The translations under genes and the position numbers were made by a program. The notes beneath the pieces are model-generated. The model worked only from the letters and a program-made list of their open reading frames with translations, made no database searches and was not told where the DNA came from. From the NCBI RefSeq assembly GCF_001652585.1, contig NZ_LWLG01000001.1, positions 330,001 through 362,000 on the forward strand: a DNA stretch of 32,000 nucleotides, in the 5' to 3' direction. Of the stretch, positions 29,435-32,000 are shown in pieces (the first letter of the stretch is position 1; each line of letters starts with the position of its first letter). Source of the DNA: Thermosulfurimonas dismutans. GTDB lineage: Bacteria; Desulfobacterota; Thermodesulfobacteria; Thermodesulfobacteriales; Thermodesulfobacteriaceae.

Positions 29435-30235
29435 GTGGCCTGGGGACTTTCAGCCAGTTTCCTCGTGGCGATCGTTACGGGTATTCTGCTGGCTTATCCT
29501 TTTAATGAGAGCTATCCCCTCCTTTCTACGGTGGGCATAGAGAACGTAGTACCCTTCGGGAGGTTTTTTCGAAGATTGCATTACTGGAGCGGATTCTTTA
29601 CCCTAATTCTCCTTTTCTATCATGCTGCCGAGACCTTAGTGGCCGAAGGGTACCGCAGACGCGATTGGGCAAGGTGGCTGGCCCTTTGCGCCACCCTACC
29701 GCTTTTGATTCTGATAGCCTTTACCGGCTACGTGGCCCGAGGCGACGAGACTGGACGGTTTGCCGGTTATATCGCCGAAAGTTTGGTGCTCAAGGTCCCC
29801 CTTTTAGGATCTCTGTTGAACGCTTGTCTTTTCTTGGTCCGGGAGTCCGGAGTCCATCGACCTTATCTCTTTCATTTCTACGCCTCGTTAGCCCTTTTCT
29901 TTGTTTCAGGAATCTGGCACTTCCGGCTACGGCGCTTGCCTCTAGAAGATCTCCTTGGGTGGCTCCTTGCCCCTATGATCCTGGCCCTGGTCTATCCCTT
30001 GGGGTTGCATGCCCCTGGACCATACCTTTTGATAAAAGGCCCCTGGTTTTTCCTAGGGGTACAGGAAGCCCTGAGATATTTTCCACCGGTTTGGGCTGGT
30101 ATTTTATTTCCGGCTTTAGGGATCTTGCTCTATGTGCTGGTTAAAATGGATAGTCTAAGGAAGTGGGTCTTCGGAGGCCTCCTAGTCTGGACAGGGGTTT
30201 ATATGTTCTTCATGGTTTACGGGCTTTTGCGATGA
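29435..30235 (+). CDS. Compact dihaem cytochrome b (b6-like part fused to a subunit-IV-like part), about 266 aa
   Basis: Helix B reads LHYWSGFFTLILLFYH (H-x13-H). Helix D reads HFYASLALFFVSGIWH (H-x14-H). IKGPWFFLGVQEALRY occupies the PEWY position. The start is ambiguous: GTG 29435, or TTG 29393 which would overlap the Rieske gene. Confidence 0.75.
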   Translation: MAWGLSASFLVAIVTGILLAYPFNESYPLLSTVGIENVVPFGRFFRRLHYWSGFFTLILLFYHAAETLVAEGYRRRDWARWLALCATLPLLILIAFTGYVARGDETGRFAGYIAESLVLKVPLLGSLLNACLFLVRESGVHRPYLFHFYASLALFFVSGIWHFRLRRLPLEDLLGWLLAPMILALVYPLGLHAPGPYLLIKGPWFFLGVQEALRYFPPVWAGILFPALGILLYVLVKMDSLRKWVFGGLLVWTGVYMFFMVYGLLR

Positions 30236-31479
30236 GAAATCATTGGTGGTTTTTAGTTCTAATGCTGGCCATGTTTGCGGCTCTGATCCAAGAGTTGCGT
30301 TTCAAACGCGCCGACAAGGTCTATACCTTAGCCTCCGGTCGGGTGGACATGTGTCTTGCCTGCCACAAGGAGGCTCCTGGGAAAGCCCATGCCCGAGGGG
30401 TAGTGGGGTGTGCGGACTGTCATTTGGGCGACCCCCTAACGGTAGAGAAGAAGCGGGCCCACCGGGGGATGGTGAAAAATCCGGGAGACCTTCGGGTAGC
30501 GGATCAGACCTGTGGTCGGCCGGAATGCCATCCGGGCTATGCCGAAAGGGTCAAAAAGAGCCTTATGGCCACCAACCGAGGTATTATTACTACTCTCCGT
30601 TATTACTGGGGGGAAATCGAAGACTTTCACGCTGAAGCTTCGGTGGAGACCCTAATGAAGACCGACGAGACCTCACCGGCCTTGGACTATTTCCGCAAAC
30701 TCTGTGGCACCTGCCACCTGTGGCTCCCCAAGGAGAAGCTTCCGGGATTTCTTAAGAAAAAGGGCGGAGGTTGCGTGGCCTGCCATTTGATTCCGGGTAA
30801 GAATAAGGATAAGAAGGTACATTCCATACTTACCCGAAAGATCCCGCTTGAAAATTGCGTGCGCTGTCACAACCGGAGCGGACGTATCGGATTGTCTTAC
30901 CAGGGGCTTTATGAAGACGAACAATACGGAGCGCCTATAGAGGAAGGCGAATTCGCGGCCGAAGAACTCGAAGACGGACGTTTTGTGGCCCGTATACCAC
31001 CGGATGTACATTTTAAGGCCGGTATGGTTTGCGTGGACTGTCACACCCAGAACGAGACCATGGGAGACGGCAAGGCCTACGCCCACTTTGAAGAATCGCT
31101 TGAGATCACCTGCGAGGCTTGCCACGAGGGGACAGGCCGAACCCGAAAGGGCACGCTCCTCACCAACCTCAAAGTAAAAGACGGAAAAATTTACTGGCAG
31201 GCCAAACTCAGTGGAAAAGAACTTGAAGTTAAAAGGCCGGATCCGGTGGCCTGCCGACATCCGGTACACCGCAGGCTCACCTGTGAGAGTTGTCACGACC
31301 AGCGGGTTCCCCAGTGCTTCGGTTGCCATGTGAGGCGGGATCCCCGAGAAAAACAGCTTGACAAGTTGTCTTTTAAGGAGACCCCCGGCCTCTGGGAGGA
31401 GTTCCGGAGCTATATGCGGGTTGAGGTGCCCACCCTCGGAGTTCGAGAAGACAAGGTAGTGATTTTGGTCCCAGGATGA
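30232..31479 (+). CDS. Multihaem c-type cytochrome (9 CXXCH plus 1 CX4CH) with an N-terminal anchor/signal; ends at an in-frame TGA
   Basis: ATG 30232 overlaps the cytochrome b stop (ATGA). Hydrophobic N-terminus WWFLVLMLAMFAALI. Haem motifs CLACH, CADCH, CGRPECH, CGTCH, CVACH, CVRCH, CVDCH, CEACH, CESCH, CFGCH. Confidence 0.85.
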   Translation: MRNHWWFLVLMLAMFAALIQELRFKRADKVYTLASGRVDMCLACHKEAPGKAHARGVVGCADCHLGDPLTVEKKRAHRGMVKNPGDLRVADQTCGRPECHPGYAERVKKSLMATNRGIITTLRYYWGEIEDFHAEASVETLMKTDETSPALDYFRKLCGTCHLWLPKEKLPGFLKKKGGGCVACHLIPGKNKDKKVHSILTRKIPLENCVRCHNRSGRIGLSYQGLYEDEQYGAPIEEGEFAAEELEDGRFVARIPPDVHFKAGMVCVDCHTQNETMGDGKAYAHFEESLEITCEACHEGTGRTRKGTLLTNLKVKDGKIYWQAKLSGKELEVKRPDPVACRHPVHRRLTCESCHDQRVPQCFGCHVRRDPREKQLDKLSFKETPGLWEEFRSYMRVEVPTLGVREDKVVILVPG

Positions 31480-31515
31480 CAGGACTTCATTTCCTTTCTT
31501 TCCCCGGAGGGGAAG

Positions 31516-31902
31516 TTGGAGAAGGAATTTAAACGCATCACCTGGTCTTTCATGTATCCCCACAATACCGGCAAGGCCCGTACTTGTAAGGACTGTCACC
31601 AGTCAGCCAAGACCGTGGGCCTGGGTTACGGTAGCCTTACCTACTTAGGAAAGGGTCGCTTTCGATTCACGCCGGCTGAGGCTCCCTCGGAGTTGCTCGA
31701 AATTGAACACGGGCTTTCGGCGGTGGTGGATCTTTCGGGGAAACCCTTGGTGAACTTCCGCCCCGGGGTGAGAGGCTTTAATGGGAAGGAAATTCGACAA
31801 ATTTTAAGGGTTGGACTCTGCCTCTCGTGTCACAGAGACTTTTCCGATCCCGTTATGCGGAACTGGCCTCCCAGGAAGCCCTGTCCGGTTTTCAAGGAGT
31901 AG
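31516..31902 (+). CDS. Dihaem cytochrome c segment in the same frame as the preceding cytochrome. It is probably that protein's C-terminal extension, separated only by TGA 31477-31479.
   Basis: CKDCH and CLSCH motifs. No signal peptide when read from TTG 31516. No stop between 31480 and 31902 in the frame of the upstream gene. Confidence 0.55.
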   Translation: MEKEFKRITWSFMYPHNTGKARTCKDCHQSAKTVGLGYGSLTYLGKGRFRFTPAEAPSELLEIEHGLSAVVDLSGKPLVNFRPGVRGFNGKEIRQILRVGLCLSCHRDFSDPVMRNWPPRKPCPVFKE

Positions 31903-31904
31903 AG

Positions 31905-32000
31905 GTGCTGGTTCAGCTCTGGGAGAATCGAGAGGCTTTAAGGACTCTGGTGGAGTCCAAAGGCCCTCTTGGGCCGGTGATTTTCGTGCTGATTCAGGCC
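31905..32000 (+). CDS. Membrane protein, possibly TVP38/DedA-like, N-terminal fragment (runs off the right edge)
   Basis: AAGGAG SD lies 5 nt before GTG 31905. Reads MLVQLWENREALRTLVESKGPLGPVIFVLIQA; only 32 codons are visible. Confidence 0.35.
   Translation, partial: MLVQLWENREALRTLVESKGPLGPVIFVLIQA

Noticed and set aside
30673-31599. 308-aa antisense ORF spanning the cytochrome gene and the in-frame TGA site.
   Set aside because: The sense strand carries 12 haem-binding motifs plus translational coupling to cytochrome b. The antisense product has no recognisable motif and a Gly/Leu/Val-rich mirror composition.

Overview
Bacterial chromosomal segment. The rRNA is much more GC-rich than the coding DNA, and the gene content includes a TtrA-like molybdoenzyme, a Rieske/cytochrome b module and multihaem cytochromes. 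Together these suggest an anaerobic, probably thermophilic, sulfur- or metal-respiring organism; this is inference only.

Layout, left to right:
- 1-202: 5' end of a divergent radical-SAM gene.
- 230-5757: complete rrn operon (tandem promoters, boxA-like boxes, 16S, tRNA-Ile(GAT), tRNA-Ala(TGC), 23S, 5S, terminator).
- 5785-10430: accessory patch. It holds a frameshifted ISNCY-type IS with inverted repeats, a decayed AAA-like ORF with no canonical start, a 468-aa lid-bearing metallophosphoesterase and an IS256-type relic.
- 10643-13122: small beta-carbonic-anhydrase-like protein, HIBADH-family dehydrogenase, THUMP methyltransferase.
- 13256-18061: tight three-gene module. A Tat-signal ferredoxin::TtrA-like molybdopterin oxidoreductase fusion is followed by a secreted transglutaminase-like protein and a membrane-anchored SAM methyltransferase.
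- 18058-22710: Kef-type antiporter, RNase P RNA, NMO/FabK-like flavoenzyme, TrpB2.
- 22711-24781: small degraded islet facing the 3' end of tRNA-Phe (vapBC, paralogue fragment, nonsense-interrupted ORF).
- 24899-28951: ykgJ-like, rsmB, pncB, pncA operon.
- 29029-31902: Rieske, compact cytochrome b and multihaem cytochrome c operon.

Most notable observations:
- The cytochrome reading frame is interrupted by a single in-frame TGA that is followed by a hairpin. The downstream dihaem part has no export signal.
- The bc-like module itself has an atypical composition.
- The fused ferredoxin-TtrA / transglutaminase-like / methyltransferase module has no membrane anchor subunit.

No CRISPR array, reverse transcriptase or integrase was seen. 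All family assignments come from motif recognition by eye, not from searches.
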